Positions 15,920 to 25,672 of a DNA stretch of 64,000 bases are shown here, one piece after another; the first letter of the stretch is position 1, and every line of letters starts with the position of its first letter. The notes below the pieces were generated by a model. It was not told where the DNA came from. It made no database searches and saw only the letters and a list, made by a program, of their open reading frames with translations. This DNA is from a virus, in the IMG/VR virus record IMGVR_UViG_3300027852_000002, positions 1-64,000 of that record. The stretch is one strand, 5' to 3'. The translations under genes were made by a program, and so were the position numbers.

Positions 15920-16243
15920 ATGCCATGGGTGAGAATTTTATACACAACCTCCATATTACTTACAGTTGCTATAAGAGCAGTTATTCTCTACGGTAACGTA
16001 CGCCAAGAGATTGATAAAACTAAAAGGCGAAGATATGGTACCAATACCAAAACGCATCATAACTCTCGACTGGGAAACATATTTCGACAAAGAGTACAGC
16101 CTGCGCAAGCAGGAGATTTCAACCAGCGAGTACATAAAAGACAAACGTTTCAAGCCCCATGGCGTAGGGATACGGTCATCGAGGGAGAAGCGGTCGAAGT
16201 GGTATACGAAGGCCCGGATCGAGAAGAAATTAAATTCGATTGA
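15920..16243 (+). CDS. questionable ORF with a strong SD that overlaps the DNA polymerase 5' end out of frame
   Basis: GGAGG lies 7 nt upstream of ATG 15920. The first ~38 codons are hydrophobic (MPWVRILYTTSILLTVAIRAVILYG). The remainder overlaps the polymerase gene. Confidence 0.25.
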   Translation: MPWVRILYTTSILLTVAIRAVILYGNVRQEIDKTKRRRYGTNTKTHHNSRLGNIFRQRVQPAQAGDFNQRVHKRQTFQAPWRRDTVIEGEAVEVVYEGPDREEIKFD

Positions 16244-17936
16244 CTGGTCTAAGACTGCACTGCTCTGCCATAATACAGCCTTTGATGGATTGATCCTGAC
16301 TCATCACTATGGGGTCACTCCTATGTATTACTTCGATACTTTGAGTATGGCCAGAGCAGCACTCGATCATAGTATTGGCAACGACCTGGATTCAGTAGCT
16401 GCGTATTTTGATAAAGGTAACAAGCTGCCAGATGTATTATCCAAAACCAAAGGTATTTTGGATCTTCCTCCTAATCTCTTGGCTGAACTTGGAGCATACT
16501 GTAATCAGGACGTGGATCTTACTTGGGAAATCTTTCAGGAAATGTTACCTGAATACCCGGAAGATGAGCTGCATCTAATTGATCTGACCATCAGAGCATT
16601 TACAGAACCGTTAATCCAGGTAGATAAACCTATGGTTCAAGCCGAATTGCGCAGTGTATTAAGTAAAAACGGTAGACTAATGCGCCGAGTGAAAGTGGAT
16701 CTGGGCGCTGCAGATATAAAAGAAACTCGTATCATTCTGCGTTCTGACGATAAACTGGCAACTGCCTTCCGTGACCTTGGTTATGAACCGCCAATGAAAA
16801 CCACAAAGAAGGGTAATGTGAAGCCTGCCTTTGCCAAAGCTGATCTGGAATTCCAAGCTTGGCTGGCTCATCCAGACCAGGTTGTGCGTGAGATATGCGA
16901 AGCCCGACAGAACGTAAAGTCCAATATCGCTGAAACCAGGGCAAGACGACTTTTGAGCCACGCTGACCCTGCCTTACCAATCATGTTGAACTACTGCCGA
17001 GCCCATACTTTTCGTTGGTCAGGTGGAGACAAACTGAACCCTCAGAACTTCCCTCGAATTGGAGATCTGAAGAATCCTCGCTCCGGCAGGCTGAGGAAAG
17101 CGCTACGAGCCCCAAAAGGGCAGAAGATGATAATCGTTGATTCTTCTCAAATCGAAGCCCGTATGACAGCCTGGGTCGCAGAACAACAGGATTTACTCGA
17201 TATCTTCCGTAAAAGTGACCGTGGAGAGGGACGCGACCCATATTGTCACATGGGGGATAAGATCTATGGCTATGAAGTCCATAAGAAGAAGCACCCCAAA
17301 GAGCGCTTCGTAGGTAAAGTCGCTGTTCTGGGCCTTGGTTATAACATGGGAGCCCCTAAATTCCAGTATACATTAGAAGCTGGGTTAATGGGGCCATCAG
17401 TTCTAATCTCCATGCAGGAATCAAACCAGGCTGTTACTGCTTACCGGCAAGCTAACAATAAGATTGTCAGCTTCTGGAAATTCATGGATCAACGACTAAG
17501 CGGCATGCTCCTGGGACATGAGTATGAATGGCGTGATGGGCTGGCTGTATTCCACTCAGCAGGCGTAGATATGCCCAACGGACTCACACTATGGTATCCC
17601 GAGCTGGAAGGCCGGGAGAATCCTTACAGTGGCGGATATAACAACTTCAGCTACTTTAACGGGCAGTTCCGGTCTCACATCTATGGTGGGCTGTTTACAG
17701 AAAACTTCGTACAGTCCCTGGCGAGGAGCGTCGTAGCTGAACAGATGCTCAGGATCGCTGAGAAATATCGAGTAGTGATGATGTCTCACGATGAAGTTGT
17801 TTACCTAGCTCCTACCAGACAGGCGAAGCGAGCTTTCGAATATGGTCTGGAAGCTATGCGAATCGCACCTGACTGGTGTTCAGATATACCGCTCAATGCT
17901 GAAGGCCAGTACGAGCAATTCTATAGTAAATCATGA
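16035..17936 (+). CDS. family A DNA polymerase with N-terminal 3'-5' exonuclease motifs
   Basis: Exo I is LDWET. Motif A is DSSQIEARMTAW. Motif B is RFVGKVAVLGLGYNMG. Motif C is SHDEV. Start set at ATG 16035 rather than the track's TTG 16011. Confidence 0.9.
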   Translation: MVPIPKRIITLDWETYFDKEYSLRKQEISTSEYIKDKRFKPHGVGIRSSREKRSKWYTKARIEKKLNSIDWSKTALLCHNTAFDGLILTHHYGVTPMYYFDTLSMARAALDHSIGNDLDSVAAYFDKGNKLPDVLSKTKGILDLPPNLLAELGAYCNQDVDLTWEIFQEMLPEYPEDELHLIDLTIRAFTEPLIQVDKPMVQAELRSVLSKNGRLMRRVKVDLGAADIKETRIILRSDDKLATAFRDLGYEPPMKTTKKGNVKPAFAKADLEFQAWLAHPDQVVREICEARQNVKSNIAETRARRLLSHADPALPIMLNYCRAHTFRWSGGDKLNPQNFPRIGDLKNPRSGRLRKALRAPKGQKMIIVDSSQIEARMTAWVAEQQDLLDIFRKSDRGEGRDPYCHMGDKIYGYEVHKKKHPKERFVGKVAVLGLGYNMGAPKFQYTLEAGLMGPSVLISMQESNQAVTAYRQANNKIVSFWKFMDQRLSGMLLGHEYEWRDGLAVFHSAGVDMPNGLTLWYPELEGRENPYSGGYNNFSYFNGQFRSHIYGGLFTENFVQSLARSVVAEQMLRIAEKYRVVMMSHDEVVYLAPTRQAKRAFEYGLEAMRIAPDWCSDIPLNAEGQYEQFYSKS

Positions 17937-17943
17937 GGAGTTT

Positions 17944-18108
17944 ATGTATATCAAACAAGGTTACTTACGTGCCTGGATTCTAGGGTGGATCCGTTTGGTT
18001 GACGCCCTGGTAAAGATCTTTTCATTCGGCATATTGACGACCAGTTTAGAGTCTCGTTTTCTTAGAAAACAGGCTCGTGCTGAGATTAATAAACGTTATA
18101 AATTCTAA
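17944..18108 (+). CDS. hypothetical small hydrophobic protein
   Basis: AGGAG lies 3 nt upstream of ATG 17944. The track's longer version overlaps the polymerase 3' end. Confidence 0.5.
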   Translation: MYIKQGYLRAWILGWIRLVDALVKIFSFGILTTSLESRFLRKQARAEINKRYKF

Positions 18109-18109
18109 C

Positions 18110-18138
18110 TTGACATACTCTATATCATTAACTAATAT
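18110..18138 (+). promoter_or_regulatory. near-consensus sigma70 promoter
   Basis: -35 TTGACA (18110-18115), 17-nt spacer, -10 TAATAT (18133-18138). GAGG then ATG 18162 lie downstream. Confidence 0.7.
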
Positions 18139-18161
18139 GCAATACATCACGAGGTAATACT

Positions 18162-18545
18162 ATGGCTGAAAAAACAATCGGTGCACTTTCTGATGAGATG
18201 TCCCGCGTACGATCTGCTCGACGTGAGATAGCCAAAGAAGATAAAGCACTCAAAAAAGAATATGCAGACCTGGAAGAGCGGCTAATTGCAGCTCTGGATG
18301 CTCAAGATACAACTAAGGGCGGATCCAAGAAGGTCACTGCTACGATCAATGAAGCGATTGTTTATAACGTCAGCGACTGGGATCGTTTCCACGCCTGGTT
18401 ACGTAAAACCAACCGGTTGTTCATGCTGGAACGTCGAGTATCTAATCCTGCGGTTCGAGAGTATGTAGAACATGCTCGTGGGCATAAGGCTCCTCCAGGA
18501 ACTGATCCATTCACAAAACGAACTATAGGGCTTCGTGATTTGTAA
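18162..18545 (+). CDS. hypothetical protein (N-terminal coiled coil)
   Basis: 127-aa ORF directly downstream of the promoter. Confidence 0.7.
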   Translation: MAEKTIGALSDEMSRVRSARREIAKEDKALKKEYADLEERLIAALDAQDTTKGGSKKVTATINEAIVYNVSDWDRFHAWLRKTNRLFMLERRVSNPAVREYVEHARGHKAPPGTDPFTKRTIGLRDL

Positions 18546-18582
18546 TTTAACTACCAACTAGATCTAGTAAGGAGATTACCAC

Positions 18583-19365
18583 ATGGCAGCACGTAAGAAA
18601 GCAGTAGCAAAACGCAAGACTAACACCAGCATTGCCAACATCGAGCAGCAACTCGCTGAAGAGGCGGCACAGGTTAATGAAACTATCGGTAATATCGGTG
18701 GTAACATAATCAAGGTTGATCAGGCCACCGGAGAGTATTTCGAAATCCCAGGTCTGGGTCAAGCTCCAGCTCCGATGAAGGCAGTCATTCTGGACTACAT
18801 CAGTCAGAATCATCTGTATGAAGGTAAATACAACCCTAACAACATCCAGCCGCCTATCTGTTTTGGTATCAGCCGTGTTGTTAACGCCATGGTGCCCAGC
18901 AACAACAGTCCGGAACCACAAGCTGATAAGTGCTCTGAGTGTGCCATGAACGAGTTTGGTTCTGATGGCAACGGCAAGGCGTGTAAGAACTCCAGGCTGT
19001 TGGCTCTGTTACCACCTGACGCTGAAGATGACGCAGAGATTATGGTACTGCGTGTTTCACCTACCGGCCTGAAGAACTTCGATCAGTATGTCGCCGGTAT
19101 CAGCAAACGGTTTAACAAACCCCCCATCGGTGTTGTAACTGAAATCAGCATCGTACCATCTGGTGCTGGCTTCACCGTAGCTTTTGGCAATCCTGAGCCA
19201 AACACTAACCTGGGTAGTGACTTCGCTCGTAGAGTGGATGCACAAGCCATGTTGGAAGCTGAACCAGACTATTCCTCGTACGGAGAGCAATCTACCAAGA
19301 AAGCCCCCAGACGTGCGAAGAAGAAAGTAGTAGCTCGTAAGAAGACTACTGCTAAGCGCCGGTAA
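18583..19365 (+). CDS. hypothetical DNA-binding protein; possible ssDNA-binding protein, by context only
   Basis: AGGAG upstream. Lys/Arg-rich N and C termini. Zinc-knuckle-like CSECAMNEFGSDGNGKAC. It sits within the replication module. Confidence 0.6.
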   Translation: MAARKKAVAKRKTNTSIANIEQQLAEEAAQVNETIGNIGGNIIKVDQATGEYFEIPGLGQAPAPMKAVILDYISQNHLYEGKYNPNNIQPPICFGISRVVNAMVPSNNSPEPQADKCSECAMNEFGSDGNGKACKNSRLLALLPPDAEDDAEIMVLRVSPTGLKNFDQYVAGISKRFNKPPIGVVTEISIVPSGAGFTVAFGNPEPNTNLGSDFARRVDAQAMLEAEPDYSSYGEQSTKKAPRRAKKKVVARKKTTAKRR

Positions 19366-19368
19366 GGT

Positions 19369-19584
19369 ATGATCCGGGAAGACCAGGTACGCTACGCTCT
19401 GGGATCTTACAAAGATCTCCAGAGCGTAGTAAACACTCTATCAGTACAGGAACTGATGGCAGCGCTTACACTGGAATCCCGTGCCATGCGGCGTGAAGCA
19501 GTGCTCAAACGACTCATTCGTCGTTTGGTACACATGCGGGAACAACAATTCAGAGAAAAACTAACTAAGAGGTTTATGAAATGA
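19369..19584 (+). CDS. hypothetical protein
   Basis: 71-aa ORF in operon orientation. Confidence 0.55.
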   Translation: MIREDQVRYALGSYKDLQSVVNTLSVQELMAALTLESRAMRREAVLKRLIRRLVHMREQQFREKLTKRFMK

Positions 19585-19838
19585 CAAGAAAATCAAGCTC
19601 GGTAACTGACATCAATGCTGACAAGCCTGATCCAAAGAAAACTCTTCGTGAAGAGTTAAAGGATCTTCGAGGCCAACTACGTGAGTTCAAGACTGCTCGT
19701 GCTGCACAGAAGAAAGTTCTCAGTGCAGAGACAAAGGCATTCAAGGCATGTGAACGCGAAGTAGCCAGGACAGAAAAACAGATCGCTGGCAAAAACAAGC
19801 GTCTGGAGAACCTACGTACCAAAACAAGGGCTGCGTAA
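19581..19838 (+). CDS. hypothetical basic coiled-coil protein
   Basis: ATGA junction; 85 aa. Confidence 0.55.
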   Translation: MTRKSSSVTDINADKPDPKKTLREELKDLRGQLREFKTARAAQKKVLSAETKAFKACEREVARTEKQIAGKNKRLENLRTKTRAA

Positions 19839-19950
19839 AAAACCACGAAGTTCCGCGCCCACCGGGACGCATAAAATAGTGGGCATTAGAAAGAGTATAG
19901 GTCAGTCTGTACCCTTCCTAATAACAACACCTACCATGGAGATCTGCACT

Positions 19951-20496
19951 ATGTATAATCACGTAATGGGGGATCTTGAAACCCTCGATATCCAACCAAC
20001 AGCTGTCATCCTCAGTCTCGGAGCAGTTAAATTCAATCTTGAAGATGAAGATAGTTACGATACCCTGGAAGCAACAGGGCGTAGTTACTACCGTACGCTG
20101 GAGCTACCTTCTCAGATTGAGCTGGGACGTACCATGAGCATCGACACTATCAAATGGTGGATGGAGCAGAACAAAATCGCCCAAGGAGTATTCAAAGAAA
20201 AGACAGTTGATGTTGTCAAAGCGTTACGCCATTTCAACAGCTTTTGTTTAGACACCAAGTGTTTGTGGGGAAATGGCTCTTCCTTTGATAACGTCTTACT
20301 CAAATCTCTATATGGAGATTTCGAAACCCCATTCCCATTCAAGTTCTGGAATGATATGGACCTGCGCACTCTCGCCTTTATTGCTGGTAATCCTAGACTC
20401 AAGATTGCCAGAGGCACCGAACACAATGCTCTGGATGATGCCAAGTTTCAGGTACTGAAAGCCCAGGAGTATTACAGGCGAATCCATCGTGGCTAA
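19951..20496 (+). CDS. DnaQ-like 3'-5' exonuclease
   Basis: Exo I is GDLETLD and Exo III is HNALDDA. Start set at ATG 19951, with GGAG 9 nt upstream. Confidence 0.75.
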   Translation: MYNHVMGDLETLDIQPTAVILSLGAVKFNLEDEDSYDTLEATGRSYYRTLELPSQIELGRTMSIDTIKWWMEQNKIAQGVFKEKTVDVVKALRHFNSFCLDTKCLWGNGSSFDNVLLKSLYGDFETPFPFKFWNDMDLRTLAFIAGNPRLKIARGTEHNALDDAKFQVLKAQEYYRRIHRG

Positions 20497-20899
20497 GCCG
20501 GAAACTACATATAAAGCCGGTATTCATCCATTCTTACCAACGGATGTACACCGGGAGGGTATGGCCAATCCCTACCGTGGGGGTACACCGGATAATTATT
20601 ACGATGGCCCCAAATCTGATTTGTGGATTGAGTACAAGTATGTGACGAAATTTCCACGTGTACTGGATCTTCTGAAGCCAACAACTAAGCCCCATCTAAC
20701 TCCATTACAACAGCTGTGGCTGGATCGTCGCTACGATAATGGTGGCAACGCTGCTGTGATTATCGGATCACGGGAAGGAGGATTGATTCTTATCAATAAA
20801 GGTTGGAACACATTGATATGTAGAGAGGAAGCATTCCAAGAACTAAAAACAAAAAAAGAGGTCGCTGCATGGATAACAGGATTCGTATTACATCACTAA
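20489..20899 (+). CDS. VRR-NUC-like PD-(D/E)XK nuclease
   Basis: GTPD...DLWIEYK...LTPLQQLWLD..YDNGGNAAV follows the VRR-NUC pattern G.PD...E.K...Q...G. GTG start. Confidence 0.55.
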   Translation: MAKPETTYKAGIHPFLPTDVHREGMANPYRGGTPDNYYDGPKSDLWIEYKYVTKFPRVLDLLKPTTKPHLTPLQQLWLDRRYDNGGNAAVIIGSREGGLILINKGWNTLICREEAFQELKTKKEVAAWITGFVLHH

Positions 20900-21552
20900 T
20901 GGCTGCTGAAAAAGTAGCAGGCCAACTGGTAAATACCAGTAAGATGCCGTGCAAATCCTGGGGCATATCCAACGAACACTGTAAGACCGGCCAGGAACTG
21001 GCTAAGATCCCCGGTACTGTTTGCTCACAGTGCTACGCCAAACGTGGACCCATCGCTTGGCCGCACTCTCGTAGGCGTCAGGCAGAACGTCTGGCTGGCC
21101 TAGAACGTCCTGAATGGGTCAACGCCATGGTGGCGCTAATCAGTATTGAAGGTAATATGTTCTTCCGCTGGTTCGACTCAGGTGATCTTCAAAATGCCAA
21201 ACACTTGGAACAGATCATCCAGATTGCCAGATTGATACCTGACATTAAATTCTGGTTACCTACCCAAGAACGAAAACTGGTAAAAGAAGTAACTGAAGAG
21301 TGCTTTGTCCCGGATAACTTGACTATTCGGGTTACTAATACCTATATTGATGACAACATGCTTTCTACAGAATTTAAATACTCTGCGTCAGTTATGCGTT
21401 GTAAGAAAAAAGAATGGTATAGCTACTACATTCTAAATGATCAGCTTATCTTTTATTGCCCAGCTGATATGAATATAAGTAACGGCGCTTGTGGAGCTTG
21501 TCGAGCTTGTTGGGATAAGGATATAAAACATGTCGTTTACAGAAAAAAGTGA
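20899..21552 (+). CDS. hypothetical Cys-rich protein
   Basis: TAATG junction. Contains PCKSWGISNEHCKTG...CSQCYAKRG and C-terminal CGACRAC. Confidence 0.65.
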   Translation: MAAEKVAGQLVNTSKMPCKSWGISNEHCKTGQELAKIPGTVCSQCYAKRGPIAWPHSRRRQAERLAGLERPEWVNAMVALISIEGNMFFRWFDSGDLQNAKHLEQIIQIARLIPDIKFWLPTQERKLVKEVTEECFVPDNLTIRVTNTYIDDNMLSTEFKYSASVMRCKKKEWYSYYILNDQLIFYCPADMNISNGACGACRACWDKDIKHVVYRKK

Positions 21553-21685
21553 AACCGAGACCATCCACGCCCTTGGTGAAGACGAAGCCGTTAATGTGGC
21601 TTCAGCTTTAGTACGAAAGAGTAAATGGTTTATTTGCACTCCCATGCCCCATGAAGTTTATGAATTTAAAATAAAAGACGAATGA
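21530..21685 (+). CDS. hypothetical small acidic protein (51 aa, not in track)
   Basis: Hand translation MSFTEKSETETIHALGEDEAVN.... It fills the gap before rIIA. Confidence 0.4.
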   Translation: MSFTEKSETETIHALGEDEAVNVASALVRKSKWFICTPMPHEVYEFKIKDE

Positions 21686-21695
21686 AGGAACCTTT

Positions 21696-23771
21696 ATGAA
21701 ACTGAATACAGCGGAAAGGCTCGTTGAAACTCATCTCCCTAATCCTACTTCTGATTTCTCAATCAGAGCTAGTAGCAAAGCTTTCCAAATTTTATCCAGC
21801 AACCTGTATGAGAACAAGCCTCTGGCCATTGTCAGAGAGCTAAGTCAAAATGCTTACGATTCTCATACTATGGCGGGAAAAGCAGACGTCCCGTTTGAAA
21901 TAGATTTACCCACCGATCTGCGTTCTGATTTACGGGTTCGCGATTTTGGCGTTGGCCTCAGCCACGATCAGATCATGAATCTGTACACCACTTATTTCGA
22001 TTCCAACAAGACCCATACTAATGAGCTCGTTGGTGGTCTTGGTCTGGGTTCAAAAACCCCATTCGCTTATACTGACTCGTTTACCGTGATCAGTACCCAC
22101 GAGGGCCAGAAAAATACTTACAATGCCTTCATCGGAGAGACTGGGACTCCTCAGATTACGTTGATCAGTTCAAAGAAGACTGACTCCTGTAATGGAGTCG
22201 AAATTGTTATTTCTATCAAGCCCAATGACTTTGTAACTTTCCAAAATCAATTGGAGCCAGCCTTACGTTATTTCCCCATTAAGCCATTAATTAATAATGG
22301 AGGGAGAAAGGTCAAAGATGTTGAATACATATACCAGCATAGCTGTCTTGGTATACGCCAAGACGGGCAATCCCGTGATCATTACTACCGTCAGAAAAAC
22401 CATCGTGTAATCCTTGGGCCCATTGGATATAAACTCAATCCTGATGTCTTATCTAAAGAACTCAAAGAAAAATACGAAGCTCTACTTAACTGTTCCAGCT
22501 TCGATCTCTTTGGAGAAATTGGGAAAATTGATATTCATGCTTCACGAGAAGGGCTATCTTATGATAAAAACACACTGGCTGCACTGGATGAACTCTTCGC
22601 AAAAGCTACAGTAATTTTGACTGAATACACACGGACATGGATTCAAGAAGCTGAAACTATTGGTGAGATGATGTGCCGCCAAGTACAAGCTACACTTAAA
22701 TTCGGCGTTGCCCATAAGATTTTTTCAAAACAAGATTTTAATATCGATCTTCCTAAAGGAGTAGTAACTGTTCCCCAAAAAACCTGGAGGAACAAACGCC
22801 CACAACTAAAAGGTTGGGAAACTGTATACACCTTTCAGCCTAATTATACTGGTTACGTAACTCCGGCATTTTTATGGATTGATGTTAATCATCCAAATAA
22901 ATGGCTCGCCAAAAACAAATCAGTGTTCCACGGCATCGATAATCTGGTCATACTTCGTGGGCAGGATATATTAGATCTCTACCCTATAATGGATATATTT
23001 GGTGCAGATAAAATAATCCGATTGAGTGAACTCGAAGCTCCTTTTCAAGAAATAAGAAAAACTAAAAGAGAGAAAGCTCCACCAAAAAAATACGCCAGAC
23101 TTCGTTATAAAGATTCTCCTGACCAGTATGGTTCACCGAGTAATTGGAATGAACAGGACTTTTGTTTACAAACTGATCTCCATGCGGAAATGGATTACTG
23201 GATAGGCATCCGTAATAATGAGTTCATATTTAGCTGTGCTAAATCAAAAGAGCTTTATGATTACAGAACTCTAATAAATATGAAACGTTCTTTTCTGGGG
23301 GATACACCAGAAAGACGACTCATTGCTATTCCACGTTCTTGTAAGCATGTTGAAAAGTATATTGGTATCCCCACTATGGCTGAAGTGATAACAGCAGAAA
23401 TACGAGTCAAGTTAGAGACAATAGATGTTCCCAAGCTGAAAGCGTTCGTTGAGTGGGACTATAAGCATGATGAGTTTGCCATGATATTGCAACTCTCCTG
23501 GATGCCTGCTTTCTGTAAAAAATATCCAAAAGCTCCTCTTACAACTCTCTACACGAAACTTCTTGGTGATTCACAGAAACATTTGGGGTTCTACCGGAGG
23601 GTAGAGGCAAATTTTGCTGAATTGTTGGACGATTATAAACCTAAACAAGCAGAAGTCACCAAGCTGATGGAACGAGTAAAAACTAAATATCGTATGTTGT
23701 TTGATATGCAAACTATTCCAGATTTTAAAGTACTCTCTCACTATTTCGAATTAACGGAGCGTCACAGATGA
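21696..23771 (+). CDS. rIIA: rIIA-like protein (GHKL ATPase N-terminus)
   Basis: The N-terminal FSIRASSKAFQILSSNLYENKPLAIVRELSQNAYDS...RDFGVGL...GGLGLGSKTPFAYTDSF carries Bergerat-fold N, G1 and G2 boxes. It closely parallels the T4 rIIA N-terminus as I recall it. Followed by rIIB. Confidence 0.88.
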   Translation: MKLNTAERLVETHLPNPTSDFSIRASSKAFQILSSNLYENKPLAIVRELSQNAYDSHTMAGKADVPFEIDLPTDLRSDLRVRDFGVGLSHDQIMNLYTTYFDSNKTHTNELVGGLGLGSKTPFAYTDSFTVISTHEGQKNTYNAFIGETGTPQITLISSKKTDSCNGVEIVISIKPNDFVTFQNQLEPALRYFPIKPLINNGGRKVKDVEYIYQHSCLGIRQDGQSRDHYYRQKNHRVILGPIGYKLNPDVLSKELKEKYEALLNCSSFDLFGEIGKIDIHASREGLSYDKNTLAALDELFAKATVILTEYTRTWIQEAETIGEMMCRQVQATLKFGVAHKIFSKQDFNIDLPKGVVTVPQKTWRNKRPQLKGWETVYTFQPNYTGYVTPAFLWIDVNHPNKWLAKNKSVFHGIDNLVILRGQDILDLYPIMDIFGADKIIRLSELEAPFQEIRKTKREKAPPKKYARLRYKDSPDQYGSPSNWNEQDFCLQTDLHAEMDYWIGIRNNEFIFSCAKSKELYDYRTLINMKRSFLGDTPERRLIAIPRSCKHVEKYIGIPTMAEVITAEIRVKLETIDVPKLKAFVEWDYKHDEFAMILQLSWMPAFCKKYPKAPLTTLYTKLLGDSQKHLGFYRRVEANFAELLDDYKPKQAEVTKLMERVKTKYRMLFDMQTIPDFKVLSHYFELTERHR

Positions 23772-24706
23772 CCGAAACATATTACATTCTTACTGATAAT
23801 TCTCTTACTCTTTTCCATAAAGGGAAAGTGTTGGCTACTACCTCTGAACACCAAGAGTGGGAGAAAATTCGTGAAGCTATTAAAAGCGAAGACTGGGAAA
23901 AAGCAGCTCATATGATCGATCTGACTACAGTGCTGGAACAGTACACTCATGGACAGAAACAGATCACCGTACAAAAGGGAGCCCTGTTATACAACGGACA
24001 GATCATCGAAAACTCTCTTACTAAACGAATTCTGCGAATGCAGCGAGAGGGGTTTAACATCAAGCCCATGATCAACTTCATGTATAACTTGATGGAGAAT
24101 CCATCAGATCAAGCACGTTCAGAGTTGTACACCTTCCTGGAGAAGAACGCCCTACCTATTACTTCCGATGGGCACTTCATGGCTTACAAACGGGTAACTG
24201 CTGACTTCATGGATGTATACAGTAAGAAGATTAGCAATCATCCTGGTGCACTTGTGAAAATGGAACGCCATAATGTTTGCGCTGATCAGAAGAAAACCTG
24301 TGCAGCGGGATTACATTTTGCCAGTCTACATTATTTGAAAAACTACAGCGGTGCGAAGCTGGTAGCTCTTAAAATCAACCCTCGTGATGTAGTCAGTATT
24401 CCTACTGATTACAACAACTCTAAAGGGCGTTGTTGTCAGTATCAGGTTATATCAGAACTCAATACAGCTCTCATTCATGGAAAGAACGATGCCTGGGAAA
24501 CACCAGTAGTTGATCTACCCATCTTATCTTATATCATCCATACTACTGAGTATGGCGAACTGTACTATACAGAGGATGGTATTTGGGATGATGAAAAAAC
24601 CGAAGCAAGGCGCTTTGGTACGCAAGCCCAAGCACAGGCTATAGTAGATATGTACGAACATCTACAACTAAAGGTCACAACCATTTCAACAGACGCAGTT
24701 GAATAA
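23768..24706 (+). CDS. rIIB: rIIB-like protein
   Basis: 312 aa. The C-terminal NPRDVVSIPTDYNNSKGRCCQYQV and ITSDGHFMAYKRV...CAAGLHFAS parallel T4 rIIB (HPRDVVSIPIDYNDAKMRTCQYEV, from memory). Confidence 0.85.
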   Translation: MTETYYILTDNSLTLFHKGKVLATTSEHQEWEKIREAIKSEDWEKAAHMIDLTTVLEQYTHGQKQITVQKGALLYNGQIIENSLTKRILRMQREGFNIKPMINFMYNLMENPSDQARSELYTFLEKNALPITSDGHFMAYKRVTADFMDVYSKKISNHPGALVKMERHNVCADQKKTCAAGLHFASLHYLKNYSGAKLVALKINPRDVVSIPTDYNNSKGRCCQYQVISELNTALIHGKNDAWETPVVDLPILSYIIHTTEYGELYYTEDGIWDDEKTEARRFGTQAQAQAIVDMYEHLQLKVTTISTDAVE

Positions 24707-24716
24707 AGGAGGAAAC

Positions 24717-25490
24717 ATGACACAAGTATTAAACTTGATGGTTCACGCTGGAGGTAATCACGTAGAACGTGAACAACTCGCTCTGGTGGAGACCCCACCA
24801 GCTGATCAGAAATCTGGTTGGACACCTATCCCCCACGATGTTCTGGTTGATGAGACCATGCATACGCTGAATGCTTGTGGCTACCGGATAGTTACTGAAG
24901 CTCATGCCCTAGCTCGTAAGGGCATGCAGTATTTCGGAATGGTACAGGTCGCTCCTTATGGCTTGGATCAGGCCACTCCAGAAGACTATTCCATGGTCAT
25001 CGGCCTACGTAACTCCCATAACAAATCATTTTCCGCAGGGCTGGTTTGTGGCTCTGGCGTCTTTGTTTGTGACAACCTGGCCTTCTCTGGAGAAATCAAG
25101 ATTGGCCGTAAACACACCCGCTTTATTAATCGTGATCTGCCAGGGCTGGTACATGCAGCTGTAGGCAGGCTCGGTACTATGCGCCATCAACAAGATCATC
25201 GTATCAATGCCTACAAGCAGTGTGAACTGTCACACGTACAGGCTGACCATCTGATTCTGGAAATGCTGCGCAGTCGTATCATCACTACCACTCAGGTAGA
25301 GAAAGTCGTCAACGAGTGGGACGCCCCACGCCATCCTGAATTCGTTGAAGCTGGCGAAACAGCCTGGAGACTATTCAACGCTGTTACTGAAACTCAGAAG
25401 GGGCGACTTGCTACTCTACCACGTGCCACCCAAGCCCTACATGGAATGATGGATGGTGTATGTGGTGTTGAACTAGCGCAGGTAGCGTAA
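24717..25490 (+). CDS. DUF932-like (phage/plasmid TIGR03299-type) protein
   Basis: AGGAGG lies 4 nt upstream of ATG 24717. Motif LRNSHNKSFSAGLVCGSGVFVCDNLAF...GRKHT. Confidence 0.7.
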   Translation: MTQVLNLMVHAGGNHVEREQLALVETPPADQKSGWTPIPHDVLVDETMHTLNACGYRIVTEAHALARKGMQYFGMVQVAPYGLDQATPEDYSMVIGLRNSHNKSFSAGLVCGSGVFVCDNLAFSGEIKIGRKHTRFINRDLPGLVHAAVGRLGTMRHQQDHRINAYKQCELSHVQADHLILEMLRSRIITTTQVEKVVNEWDAPRHPEFVEAGETAWRLFNAVTETQKGRLATLPRATQALHGMMDGVCGVELAQVA

Positions 25491-25672
25491 TGTTAAACCA
25501 CGCTATCACTCTTACCTTCAGTATACAGACTGAACATGAAGAAATTGAAGATATTTCTGTAGAGGCACTACGTCAAGCACTGCAAAATCGAATAGAGGGC
25601 CTTGATTTTGAAGGTGACCTGGCATGGTATGATGCTTGTGAAATTTATGATACTTATGAGGTAGAGGAGTGA
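25490..25672 (+). CDS. hypothetical highly acidic protein
   Basis: TAATG junction; 60 aa, D/E-rich. Confidence 0.55.
   Translation: MLNHAITLTFSIQTEHEEIEDISVEALRQALQNRIEGLDFEGDLAWYDACEIYDTYEVEE

Noticed and set aside
19839-19878. Hairpin GCGCCC-ACCG-GGACGC after ORF 19581-19838 as a terminator
   Set aside because: The stem is imperfect (5 of 6 pairs) and has no U-tract. This is too weak to call.
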